DNA of 63,746 nucleotides, filler included, from Patellaria atrata CBS 101060 (GCA_010093705.1; 31 parts of 31 records of this genome joined end to end with filler, not necessarily neighbours in it); one strand, 5' to 3'. Positions 52,559-63,746 are shown, counted from the whole stretch's first letter. Notes: generated by a model not told the origin, from the letters alone. A program made the numbers and translations.

Positions 52559-54238
52559 AAATAAAATTTAAATTATATAAATATATAATAATATTATTTA
52601 ACTTAATTAATATTTTAATAATATTTTAAATAATAATTAATTATATATTAAAAGAATATTTAAATATATTTATAATTATTTATAACTATTTATTTAAATA
52701 ATATATTAATATATATAAATAGAATATTTAAAAAGTATAGAAAATATATAAAGAAAATATTAATAAAATTATAAGAAAAGAGATTTTTAATATATTTAAA
52801 TAAATATAATTTTTATATTAAAGAAATAGAATTTTTAAACTTTATTATTATTATTAAAAATATATAAATAAATTTAAAAAAAATAGTTATAATTAAAAAT
52901 TAATTAATATTAAAAAATATAAAAAATATATAATTATTTTTAAATTTTATAAATTATTATAAAAAGTTTATTTAAAAGTACTTAAAGATAATAATATTAT
53001 TATTAAAATTAATAAAAAAGGAAAATACTTTTATTTAAATAAAAAAAGTATAAAAAGTATTTAATAAATTTAAGAAAAAGTTTATTATAATATTTATTTT
53101 AATTATATTTAATTTAAAGAAATTAATAATATTAGAAATATTTATATTCTTTAATTTTAAAATATTTTATAAATTAAGAGTTAAAAATAAATTAGTTAAT
53201 ATTATAAATAGAAAATTTAATTATCTAAAAAAAAATAAAATCGATATATAATATAGTATTAAAGAAAGAAAATAACGCGATTATCTATAATTAATTAAGA
53301 TTAATTATAATACTAATAATTAAATTTATAAGAAAATAATAAATTTATAATATCTATTAAAAGAATAATATAATAGAAAAGTTTTAAAAGAATAATAACT
53401 TTAAAATAATATAAATAGTTTAAAAAATATAATTATATAATAGATTTATTATTATAATAAAAGTTTATATTTATTAAAATAAAGTTAAATAAATTTAAAA
53501 ATATATTTAATTTCTTATTTAATATAATTAATTATAAAGATAAATTTAATAAAATAATAAAATATATATAATAAAAATATTTTAAATTATCGATATAATT
53601 TATTAATTTCTTAATTTTAGATAATACTTATAATAAAATAAGATAAATTATATAAAAATAATATAATAAATAAAATTAAATTTAAAACTATAATATTTAA
53701 ATTTATAAGTAAAATTAATAGTAAAAATAATTATAAAGAATCTAAATATATAAAGAAAAAACTATTTTTAAATATTTTTATTTTTTATAATTAATTTAAT
53801 TATCTATATTTTAATTATTCTAGTTATTTAATTATTTAATTATTTCTTTTTTAATTAAAATATCTATATATTTAAATATTTAAATTATATAATACTTTTA
53901 ATTATTTTAATTATTTAATTATTTAGTTATTTCTTTTATAACTAAAATATTTATATATTTAAATATTTAAATTATATAATTTATTATTATTTATTTTATT
54001 TATAATTTTTTTAAATAATATTTTTTTCTTTTTCTTATTTATTATTTATATATTTTTATAACTTATAGTTATAATATTATCTTTCTTCTTTTTAACTTTT
54101 ATTTTAAGAGTTTATTTCTTTTATTTAAATATATAATAAATATATTATTTATTTATTAAATTATATATATCTCTTTTTTTTTTCTTTTAAAATATTAAAA
54201 GCTAAATTTTATCTAATTTATTATTAATATTATATTAT
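52559..54238. mobile_element. Gypsy family B RT/RNase H (plus) interrupted by an oppositely oriented family B 3' LTR and PPT from about 53450
   Basis: The start overlaps the YLDD region of contig 2990-5689. From about 53450 it is the mutated reverse complement of the LTR end at 59156-59324. Confidence 0.78.
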
Positions 54239-54338
54239 NNNNNNNNNNNNNNNNNNNNNNNNNNNNNNNNNNNNNNNNNNNNTTAATTAATTAANNNNNN
54301 NNNNNNNNNNNNNNNNNNNNNNNNNNNNNNNNNNNNNN

Positions 54339-55851
54339 ATAAAATATTTTAATTAAAATATAATATTAATTTTATAAATAAAGAATTATTAAATTAATTA
54401 AAATTAATAAATTATTTAATTTTATTAATTAATAAAAAAAAATTATTATTTTAAATAATAATATTTAATAATAAATAAAATTATTTATATTAATAATAAT
54501 TTTAATAATAAATTAAAAATTAATATTATAAATAATAATTTAAAAATAATTAATAATTATAAAAAAAATAATAAAGAAAAAAATTTAAAGAATAAATAAT
54601 TATTAAAAATTAAAAAAATAAAAAGTTCTTTTAATTAAAATAATATAAAAAAAGATTTCTTTATAAATTTTATAAAATTATATTATATTATTAAAATAAA
54701 ATTATAATTTAATTTAAAAATATTTATTATACTTTATTAATTAATAAATATAATTAAGAAAATTATTTAATAAATAAAAAAAAAATTATAAAAATTTATA
54801 AAAAAAATTTTAAAAATTAATTATAATTAATAATAAAAATTAATTAAATTTATAAAACTTTAATAATTATAAATAAATTATATAATAATATAATATTAAA
54901 GATAAATATATATTTAAATAATAAAATAATTATTAATTATTTAAAAATAAAGAATAAAAAATTAAAAGAATTATTTAAAAAAATAAATAATTAAAATATT
55001 TATTTTATAAAAAATATAAATAATAATATATTAAAATAATAATAAATTTAATAAAATAATATTAAAAATTTAAATTATATTATAAATATCTTTAAAAATA
55101 AAAATAATAGAAAATTAAAAAAGTATTTTAATATATTTATATTAATTAATAATAAAAATTTTATATATAATTAATATAAAAAATAATTAAAAGATAATTT
55201 TAAAATTAATAATAATTAATTTTTAAATAATAAAATTAAAATAATATATATAAAAATTTATTTTATAAAATAAATAAATAATTATATATACTTTTTTTTA
55301 AAAGTAAAATATAAAGATAATAAATATATTTTATTATAAAATATATTAAAATATTTAAATAATATTTATAAAAATTTATAAAAATTTAAATAAATATATA
55401 AAGATAAAAGATAACTTAAAAAAGTTAAAATAAAAATATTTAAAGAATTTTATAAAGATTTAATTAAAATTTATTTAATTTATTATTAAAATTAAAATAT
55501 TATAAAATTAATAAAAAGATAAAATTTATAAAAAATTTTATATTAATTTAAAAAAGAAAATAATATAAAAATATAAAAATAATTATATTAATTTTAAAGA
55601 ATATTATTAAATAATAATAATAATAGTTTATAATTTAATAAAGAAAAATAAGAAAATAAAAAAGTAATAAAATTTAATTAAAAATAAATATTAAAATTAA
55701 AATAATAATAATATTATTATTATTTTAAAGATTATTATAAAAATAATATTTAAATAAAATATATTTATAATAATTTAATAAATTAAAATAATAATAATAT
55801 ATAAATTTATAAAAAAATATTTTAATTATAATAAAATAAATTATTAAAAAA
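54339..55851. mobile_element. Hypermutated AT-rich relic, family unassigned
   Basis: Same C/G-depleted, TpA-rich composition as the assigned relics. No motif could be decoded with confidence. Confidence 0.45.
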
Positions 55852-55951
55852 NNNNNNNNNNNNNNNNNNNNNNNNNNNNNNNNNNNNNNNNNNNNTTAAT
55901 TAATTAANNNNNNNNNNNNNNNNNNNNNNNNNNNNNNNNNNNNNNNNNNNN

Positions 55952-57230
55952 TTTTTTTATTTTTTTATTTTTTTATTTTTTTATTTTTTTATTTTTTTAT
56001 TTTTTTATTTTTTTATTTTTTTATTTTTTTATTTTTTTTATATTCCATTATATTTTATTATCTACAATACTGCGCATGGAGCCCTCACGCTATGACGCAA
56101 CTCCCTATATACATAAATCCCTTTTCAGGACCCTTATATGCTTAGTAAAGTCTTCAGTAACTTAACCCACTGATATTTTATATACAAAGGAAAGTCAGTA
56201 CGTTTAGACTCCATACAAAGCAAACTGTTGGAAAAAAAACTTTCTTCCTCTTTACCATCTCTTTTCTATTTCCAGTCCTATACTATACATCTTGTTATCT
56301 TCTGTAGACTCTACACTTCTACTCTGTCAACATCTCCTGCGTGTATCAGCCATCTGGCAGTAGAGATTTGAGTTCTTGCTATATACGTAAATAACACCTG
56401 TTTGCCTAGCTTTGTGCAAAAAAGCTTTGCCATTGTTAGCTTTGATCTTAGTTGCCTCCTCATTTCCTTGCGCTCTTTAGAGTAGTGTGCACAATGTAAA
56501 ATAAGGTGTGTTGGTGTTTGAAGTGATTGACAGTCTCTGAAGCACTTCCCTTCTTCATCTTTCCCAACCACCTTAGAGTAAGACTTGAAGAATCAAATAC
56601 CAGTCTTAAGTTGAAAGTATGCTGCTTGGATCTTTTTCTGGACATTAGATTTCGGTATACCGAGTGAGAAACGCACAAGATCTCTGCAAACGCGTGTATA
56701 ATGTTTGCCTTGTCTCTTACTATTGGCTTCCCAGCTTTGTTTTCAATTAGATAAGATCTTTTCCTTGCATTTTCGTCTGATATAATTAAGTGATGTGAAT
56801 GAAGTGTCTGTGGGCTTGCGGCCAAGTCCCTTTTTAGCCAGCTTGTCTGCTATGTCATTCCCAAAGATGTTCTTAAGGCTGCATGCGCAGTATTGTAGGT
56901 AATGCAATACAATGGAATTAAAAAAAAAAAGATGTTCTATGACCAGGAACCCAGCTGAAGGTAATTTTCATTTCCCATTCATTGGTAAGAGTATTGCATA
57001 GGTCAGTTATCATCACACTTAATTATTGTCCTCCATCAAGGCTGTTATTTTTGTAGCTTCTTAAGTGCTGCCTGGCTGTCTACAAAACCCATAGGTTTTT
57101 GGCAATGGATTGTCCCTTCTCACGTTGGGTCTTCTGTCTTTCAAGTGCTTTGAGGATGGCAAATATCTCTGCATCTATAACCTCAATGCTATCTCCTAAG
57201 TTCCAGTTGCTGGCAAGCGAGTGTGCAGTG
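55952..57230 (-). mobile_element. Non-LTR retrotransposon (Tad1/I-like) 3' end: RNase H, CCHC finger, 3' UTR and (TAAAAAA)n tail; degenerate
   Basis: The minus strand encodes EVIDAEIFAILKALE, FVDSQAALKKL, WVPGH..NIFGNDIADKLAK and CFRDCQSLQTPTHLILHC, with a stop at 56311. The tail repeat spans 55952-56040. Frameshifts are present. Confidence 0.85.
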
Positions 57231-57290
57231 AAAAGGTGATATTAAAGGTCAGCGTTGGCTTACAACAATAAAGGGCGGTATAGGAGTATG

Positions 57291-57464
57291 TGTTACGGCC
57301 ACAGGACAGAAAGACAGCATCACCAGTAGAACGGTAGCACAAGGTGCCGGAACGGAACAACTAACACGGAGGTCACGTGACGTGATCAATGGTCAACGGT
57401 GCTCGAAGGGTATTGAGCATAGAGCAGACTCGAGCAAACGTGATCGATGGTCAACGGTGCTCGA
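57291..57464 (+). mobile_element. Possible LTR terminus with a 27-bp direct repeat
   Basis: Starts TGTTACGG near where LINE similarity ends. ACGTGATC(A/G)ATGGTCAACGGTGCTCGA occurs at 57380 and 57438. Confidence 0.4.
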
Positions 57465-57566
57465 NNNNNNNNNNNNNNNNNNNNNNNNNNNNNNNNNNNN
57501 NNNNNNNNTTAATTAATTAANNNNNNNNNNNNNNNNNNNNNNNNNNNNNNNNNNNNNNNNNNNNCA

Positions 57567-59055
57567 GGTGTGACAGTTGTCGTAGTCCCCTTAATCTCGC
57601 TGAGAGCAGATATGAAGGCACGCTGCAGTCATGCCGGGATTGAATGTGTCGAGTGGGACAGTAGAAGGCCACAGGAATGGGCCTCGATCGTCTTAGTAAC
57701 ACCAGAGTCGGCGGTCAGCGAGGGATTTGGGAACTTTATCAACCGGCAGAGATCCATGGGACGGCTGAATCGCATTATGGTGGACGAGTGTCATGTGGTG
57801 TTGGACTCAATGAAGAGCTGGAGGACACGTATGCTGAGGCTAAGGGAGCTGGTTAAAGCAGAGACCCAGTTAGTGTATCTAACGGCCACGATGAGACGTA
57901 GGGATGAGAATACCTTCTTACGGCTGATGGGACTACCACCTAAGGATCAATGTCACTGGTTTCGTGGACAGACAACACGCAAGAACATCCAATACCAGGT
58001 GAAGAAGTATAACTTGGAGAAAGAGGACGAAGCAGTAAAGGAGTTGGTTGATGAAAAGAAGAGGCAATATCCAATGCCCAGTCAGATCATTGTGTACTGC
58101 GGTACAGTGGCAAGAACAATCAAGCTAGCGGGCATCTTAGGGTGTGTATGCTATCACCGTCAAGCAGGAAACCGTAAGGAGAAAGAGGAGATGCTACGCC
58201 AGTTAACGGAGAGACAGCAACAGGTGTTTACAGCAACAAATGCGCTGGGACTAGGCATTGACGCGCCAACAATTCGAATAGTGATTCATGTTGGAGAAGT
58301 TAGAAAGCTTAGGGATTATGCACAGGAGAGTGGACGGGCGGGCAGAGATGGTTTAAAGAGCGAGGCAATCATCATGAGAGGGTATAGTGTCAGCCCAGCA
58401 GGACAGATCAGGGAGAAGGCGTTTGGGAAGGGGGTAGAGGAGGAGATGAAGGAGTTTATCACGAGTGTAGGCTGTAAGCGTATCATCTTGGATAGGGAGA
58501 TGGATGGGAGAGAGGATAGAACAGGCTGTGAGGAGGGAGAAGAAAAATGTGATGGATGCTTTAGCCCAGGTCAGATATTGCGAGAAGAGAGAGGTAAGCA
58601 GGAGGTAGAGGACGAAGATACGGGTCGAGAACAGCAAGAGGAGGAGGGGCTAGGAGAGGAGGAGCTGGAAGAGGAGAAGCTAGAAGAGGAGGATCTGGAG
58701 GAGGAGCTACTGGAATTTCAAAGAGAGACAGAGCGAAGAAGAGCAAGGGCGCGAGCAGAGATGGCAACACAATCACGGGAATTGTCGGAAGTTGAGCAAC
58801 TGGAGAGGCTGCTAGAAGAGTGGAAGGAGGGTTGTCAGTGGTGTAGAGCATCAGGCGAGAAGATAAAGCATCATAGCTTATGGAGCTGCAGTAAGGAAGG
58901 AGCTAAGGATGTAAAGCAAGGAGTAAGACGCTTTAAAGAGATTGTTAGGTGGGAGAATTATTCATGCTGCTTTTACTGTGGAGTTCCACAAGCAATATGC
59001 AATAGGTACGAGCAGCAGAGTAATGGTGGATTTAGAGTTAAAAGAGGCGGTATAT
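57567..59055 (+). CDS. RecQ-family helicase of the fungal telomere-linked helicase (TLH)-like type; partial at both ends
   Basis: SF2 motifs VVVPLISL, VTPES, VDECH, LTAT, ATNALGLGID and YAQESGRAGRDG, an RQC-like Cys cluster (CKR..C....EKCDGC), an acidic linker, and a further Cys/His region (CQWC, HSLWSC, CCFYCGVPQAIC). Confidence 0.88.
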
Positions 59056-59155
59056 NNNNNNNNNNNNNNNNNNNNNNNNNNNNNNNNNNNNNNNNNNNNT
59101 TAATTAATTAANNNNNNNNNNNNNNNNNNNNNNNNNNNNNNNNNNNNNNNNNNNN

Positions 59156-59324
59156 GAAGTCAAGGAGTCAGCAAGTTGTATCGACAACTTGAAGTGCCTT
59201 TATTATACGTATCCTATCACTTTGCCGAACCTACCTTTGTGGTTGACCACGTTGAGTGAGAAGCCAGGCGCGTTTCTAGACTTATCCAGTTCTGTCTTGA
59301 TAAGTATAGACTCCCGTTGTAACA
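59156..59324 (+). mobile_element. Gypsy family B LTR 3' end, near-intact
   Basis: Ends ...CTCCCGTTGTAACA. Its reverse complement converts by transitions into the AT-only repeat at about 53450 and 34808. Confidence 0.85.
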
Positions 59325-60310
59325 ATCTCCTTATCGTGGATCTCGTATCTCAATTTAGACTCCGAGAGCGTTTTAGTCTAGAAGGCGATAAGCCTCCACT
59401 TGTCGTCGTGCTTCTATAAGATAGTTATAGCTATTACCCCGTCGCTATAATCTAATTCGACCCTAATTTCTAGTAAGGGGCTATAATGCGCTATCACTTA
59501 ATCTAATAGTATTAATTATTTTACTCTCTTAAAGGCCTTATATTCTCTTAGCCCGAGCGGCTATTAGAGTACTCCTTTCTTAACACGGCTTATTAGTGGC
59601 CGTATTACTCGTCCAAACTTATCGAGGAACTTCCGGTAGAAGTTATAGAATCCGATAAAAGATTATATATCTTTAACGCTCGTTAGTAGTTATTAATTCC
59701 GGACTACTTCTATTTTCTCTAGATCTATAGCTAGGCCGTCTATATTAATAATAAATCTAAGGAACCTTATCTTAGTTATATGGAACTCGCTCTTCTTAAT
59801 ATCGGCCTATAGGCTAGCTTTAGCTAACGCTTCTAGCACTTTAGTGACGTGCGCTCTATACTCTATCGGGCACGTAGAATAGACTAGAATATCGTCTATA
59901 TAAGCTATATAGAAGTTATCTAGATATTTAAAGAGAGCCTTATTAATAAACCGTTAGAAAGAGGCGGGGCTATTATATAAACTAAATAATAACACCTTAT
60001 ATTTAAAGGAGCTATACCGGGTTCGGAACGTGGTGAGATCTTTAGTTAACTCTATTATCCGTATCCGGTAGAATACTTACCGTACGTTAAGTTTCGTGAA
60101 TATCTTTACGCGTTATAGTCGGGCTAACGTCTCTTTTATAAGTAGTAATAGGTACTTATCTTTCTTAGTAATATTATTAAGCTTTCGGTAGTCTATATAG
60201 AATCTCTAACCATCACCCGGCTTCTTAGCGAACAATACTAGAGATATATACGGTGCCTCGCTCGGCTCGATAAACCCTTTTTAGAGGTGCTCTTCTAGGT
60301 AGTCCTAACT
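59325..60310 (-). pseudogene. Gypsy RT-RNase H, moderately RIP-mutated (probably family A)
   Basis: Reads DYLEEHL*KGFIEPSEAP, VLFAKKP, DYRKLN, TTFRTRY, AYIDDILVY and YEIHDKE, with many TAA/TAG codons from CAA, CAG or TGG. Confidence 0.9.
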
Positions 60311-60311
60311 A

Positions 60312-60640
60312 CAATGCTTAAGTGTTTTAAGGTCTAAAACACTTTTTTTTTGGCGCCAAGATTCTGAAAACCGGGGGCTTAAAACACTTTCTTACTTTCA
60401 AAAGTGTTTTAAGGTCAAAATCTTCAGATATATTGCGATGCAAACCGATAGAAGGGTGCAATTGACCTAGGTGAATATTCTAATAAAGTCAGATTCGTTT
60501 ATTAGCTAGTTTTTTGATGCTAGACTATCATGTTAACATATCAGGTTGGAATTCTTTGGATGAGGCAAATTTCCATCCGTGCGCACTGCCAAGGGCCTCC
60601 ATCTCCTAGTCTAGGGGGAGAGCAAGCCTCCCTAGAAGTA
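60312..60640. mobile_element. Candidate DNA-transposon end with subterminal repeats
   Basis: There is an abrupt junction with the RT relic. An AAGTGTTTTA(A)G motif occurs four times in both orientations (60320, 60334, 60378, 60402). The sequence lacks the TpA excess of its neighbour. Confidence 0.45.
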
Positions 60641-60740
60641 NNNNNNNNNNNNNNNNNNNNNNNNNNNNNNNNNNNNNNNNNNNNTTAATTAATTAANNNN
60701 NNNNNNNNNNNNNNNNNNNNNNNNNNNNNNNNNNNNNNNN

Positions 60741-62168
60741 TAATTCTTTAAAATTAATAATTTATTTAATTATAAATATTATCGAATTATTTAATTAAAA
60801 TAAATTATTATAATTAAAGATTAATAATAAAATATTATAATTTTAAAGAGTAAACTATAAATTTAATATAAAATAATAAGATAAAATTTTTAATAAATAA
60901 GAATATAATTAATAAAAAGTATTAATTAATTAAAAAAAAAATTATAATTATTTTAATAAAAATAATTAAGTTTATAAATTAAGAATATTAACTTTAATTT
61001 TTAAAAGATAAAATTAGAATTATTAAATTTAATAAAAAAAAAAGATATTAAAACTTTTTAAAAAATTAAAATTAATATAATAATATATTATAATATTAAT
61101 TCTATATTTCCTATATTAAGTGTTTAGTTTATTTATAAGAGATCTTTATTAGATTGAATACGGAAAAGATCTCTAAGCGCTAATTAGTTAAATGGAAGAT
61201 AGTTAAGTTAAGACTTAATAAGACGGAACTATTATATATAAATATTCGACTTATAATATTATTATTCCTTAATTTAATCTCTATACTTAGTAGTTAATAA
61301 TAGAGATAGTTAAAATATAATTACTATAGTTATATTATATTATTATAATTAAAGTTAAATAAATAAATTAATATTACTAGAATTTATATAAATATTTATT
61401 TAATTAATAAAGAAAACTATTTAAAAAATATAAAATATAAAGATATTATTATAAATATTATAAATTTATATAAAATTAACTTTTTAATATAAAATTAATT
61501 TTTAAAAAATAAAAACTCTTTAAATAAAAATAAAAATATTTATAAAATAATAATTTATAAAAAATTATTTAAAAAATATTATTATTTAATTTATATATTC
61601 TTAAAATTTATATTTAATAAATTATTATTATTTAAAGAAAATATAAATTATAATATAATATTAAATTAAGATAATAATTTTCTTATTAATCTTTTATATA
61701 ATATATTTATTAAATATTTATAATTAATAAAGAATTATTTAAAAAAGTATTTTTAAAAGAAGTTTATTATTTTAAATAAAATATTATATATATTTTTAAT
61801 ATTATTTATTAAGAAGTTAAAAAAAGATTAAAAATTTTATATTAATTATAAAAAGCTAAATAATATTATTAAAAAAAATAAATATTTATTATCTCTAATT
61901 AAAGAAATATTAATATATCTTTAATAAATAAAGATATTTACGAAACTCGATATAAAATAAATATTTTATTAAATTTAAATAAAGAAATTAGCTAAAAATT
62001 TTATTATTTTCTAAATAAAATATAGATTATTTAAATATAAAATATTATCTTTTAAATTATATAATAATTTAGCTTTATTTTAATAATTTATTAATAAAAT
62101 ATTTTTTTAATATTTAAATAATTTTTATATAATATATATTAATAATATATTAATTTATTTTAAATATT
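60741..62168 (+). mobile_element. Gypsy protease-RT relic (same RT type as 59325-60310) containing a solo LTR A at 61076-61347
   Basis: About 61730-62100 is a more mutated version of the reverse complement of about 59930-60305. The LTR copy is flanked by ATTAA on both sides. Confidence 0.82.
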
Positions 62169-62268
62169 NNNNNNNNNNNNNNNNNNNNNNNNNNNNNNNN
62201 NNNNNNNNNNNNTTAATTAATTAANNNNNNNNNNNNNNNNNNNNNNNNNNNNNNNNNNNNNNNNNNNN

Positions 62269-62420
62269 CCAACTAAGAACGGCCATGCACCACCACCTTT
62301 GAAATCAAGAAAGAGCTATCAATCTGTCAATCCTCGTCAAATCTGGACCTGGTGAGTTTCCCCGTGTTGAGTCAAATTAAGCCGCAGGCTCCACGCCTGG
62401 TGGTGCCCTTCCGTCAATTT

Positions 62421-62454
<34 letters not shown>

Positions 62455-62591
62455 AGAACCCAAAAACTTTGATTTCTCGTAAGGTGCCGAGCGAGTCAAA
62501 ATGATAACATCGCCCGATCCCTAGTCGGCATAGTTTATGGTTAAGACTACGACGGTATCTGATCGTCTTCGATCCCCTAACTTTCGTTCAC

Positions 62592-62629
<38 letters not shown>

Positions 62630-63746
62630 AGTTAGTCTTCAATAAATCCAAGAATTTCACCTCTGACAATTGAATACTGATGCCCCCGACTATCCCTATT
62701 AATCATTACGGCGGTTCTAGAAACCAACAAAATAGAACCACACGTCCTATTCTATTATTCCATGCTAATGTATCCGAGCAAAGGCCTGCTTTGAACACTC
62801 TAATTTTTTCAAAGTAAAAGTCCTGGTTCCCCGACACGCCCAGTAAAGGGCATGCGGCTCCCCAGAAGGAAAGGCCCGGCCGGACCAGTACACGCGGTGA
62901 GGCGGACCGGCCAGCCAGGCCCAAGGTTCAACTACGAGCTTTTTAACTGCAACAACTTTAATATACGCTATTGGAGCTGGAATTACCGCGGCTGCTGGCC
63001 TCGACTGGTTGGTTTGCAACCAATTGACCACGTCAAAATGTCACCGCAAGCAGTTGCGGAGTTATCAACGTCCCGTGAATTTTGTATGGTGGGTACTAAT
63101 ATCACAGGCACCCGTTAAGGTGGGGATAGCGCGTCCCTTGAGCATGTCTATAGGACATACCGGTACCTTTCCGCGCGTTACGACGGCATGACACCATGCT
63201 CGCCACGGGATTGCCCTGGTAGACTGTGAATCATACTGCATTCAGGGCTTCCCCGTACCAGGTTACCTTGCCGGCATCCTCTCACCAGTTTCGTGGATGC
63301 TCGACTAGCGACTCGTTGACGGGCGTTGTCGCTTTCTCTGGCGTCAGCAGTTGAAACCGCCGGAACTTAAAAGTTCACCAGACTTGCCCTCCAATTGTTC
63401 CTCGTTAAGGGATTTAAATTGTACTCATTCCAATTACAAGACCCAAAAGAGCCCTGTATCAGTATTTATTGTCACTACCTCCCCGTATTGGGATTGGGTA
63501 ATTTGCGCGCCTGCTGCCTTCCTTGGATGTGGTAGCCGTTTCTCAGGCTCCCTCTCCGGAATAGAACCCTAATTCCCCGTCACCCGTTGATACCATGGTT
63601 GTCCACTACACAACCATCGAAAGTTGATAGGGCAGAAATTTGAATGAACCATCGCCGGCGCAAGGCCATGCGATTCGTTAAGTTATTATGAATCACCAGG
63701 GGGCCCCGAAGGGCATTGGTTTTTTATCTAATAAATACACCCCTTC
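62269..63746 (-). rRNA. 18S (SSU) rRNA, partial, interrupted by an intron at 63000-63376
   Basis: Universal segments on the minus strand include GAGGGCAAGTCTGGT|GCCAGCAGCCGCGGTAATTCC, AAACTTAAAGAAATTGACGGAAGGGCACCACCAGG and GGTGGTGCATGGCCGTTCTTAGTTGG. The variable regions are Pezizomycotina-like. Confidence 0.98.
63000..63376 (-). ncRNA. Group I intron, subgroup IE, at SSU position S516 (377 nt)
   Basis: Inserted between CUGGU and GCCAGC and ends in G. The internal guide GCCAGA can pair with exon UCUGGU. IE-type core elements are GGTAACCTGGTACGGGG, AATCCCGTGGCGAG, GTCGTAACGCGCGG and AAGGGACGCGCTA. Confidence 0.9.

Noticed and set aside
55952..60640. LINE, RecQ helicase and Gypsy RT as one composite element
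   Set aside because: They are on three separate contigs divided by artificial spacers.
62706..63572. ORFs in the 18S gene and intron, including a possible homing endonuclease
   Set aside because: Chance frames in rRNA. The 377-nt intron is largely filled by ribozyme structure and shows no His-Cys box or LAGLIDADG motif.

Overview
This is not one locus. It is a string of 31 short (about 1.4-2.9 kb), roughly size-sorted contigs from a filamentous ascomycete (Pezizomycotina), joined by 30 identical artificial 100-nt spacers (N44-TTAATTAATTAA-N44), so adjacency across spacers has no biological meaning. Fourteen contigs are almost entirely A/T and are hypermutated (C>T, G>A; RIP-type) relics, mostly of two Gypsy LTR retrotransposon families called A and B here. 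Their motifs remain readable, and less-mutated pieces of both families are in the window. Other mobile DNA includes an unmutated Copia 5' end inserted at the stop codon of a Gypsy A pol, a Tad1-like LINE 3' end carrying a 54-bp antisense retro-insertion with a target-site duplication, and a candidate DNA-transposon end. Host genes or fragments include a conserved hypothetical protein, a Myb/SANT-like protein, a class V PLP (cysteine desulfurase-like) enzyme, a YMC1-like mitochondrial carrier, a 674-aa low-complexity protein, an NLR-type WD40 array and a telomere-linked-type RecQ helicase. rDNA is represented by the 28S 3' end with IGS and a partial 18S gene with a group IE intron at S516. I cannot support a wholly new system. 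The most unusual items are the LTR/gag relic and Reb1-like motif array in the IGS, the variable WD40 array that appears to have escaped RIP, the tiny LINE retro-insertion, and a graded mutation series of one LTR.
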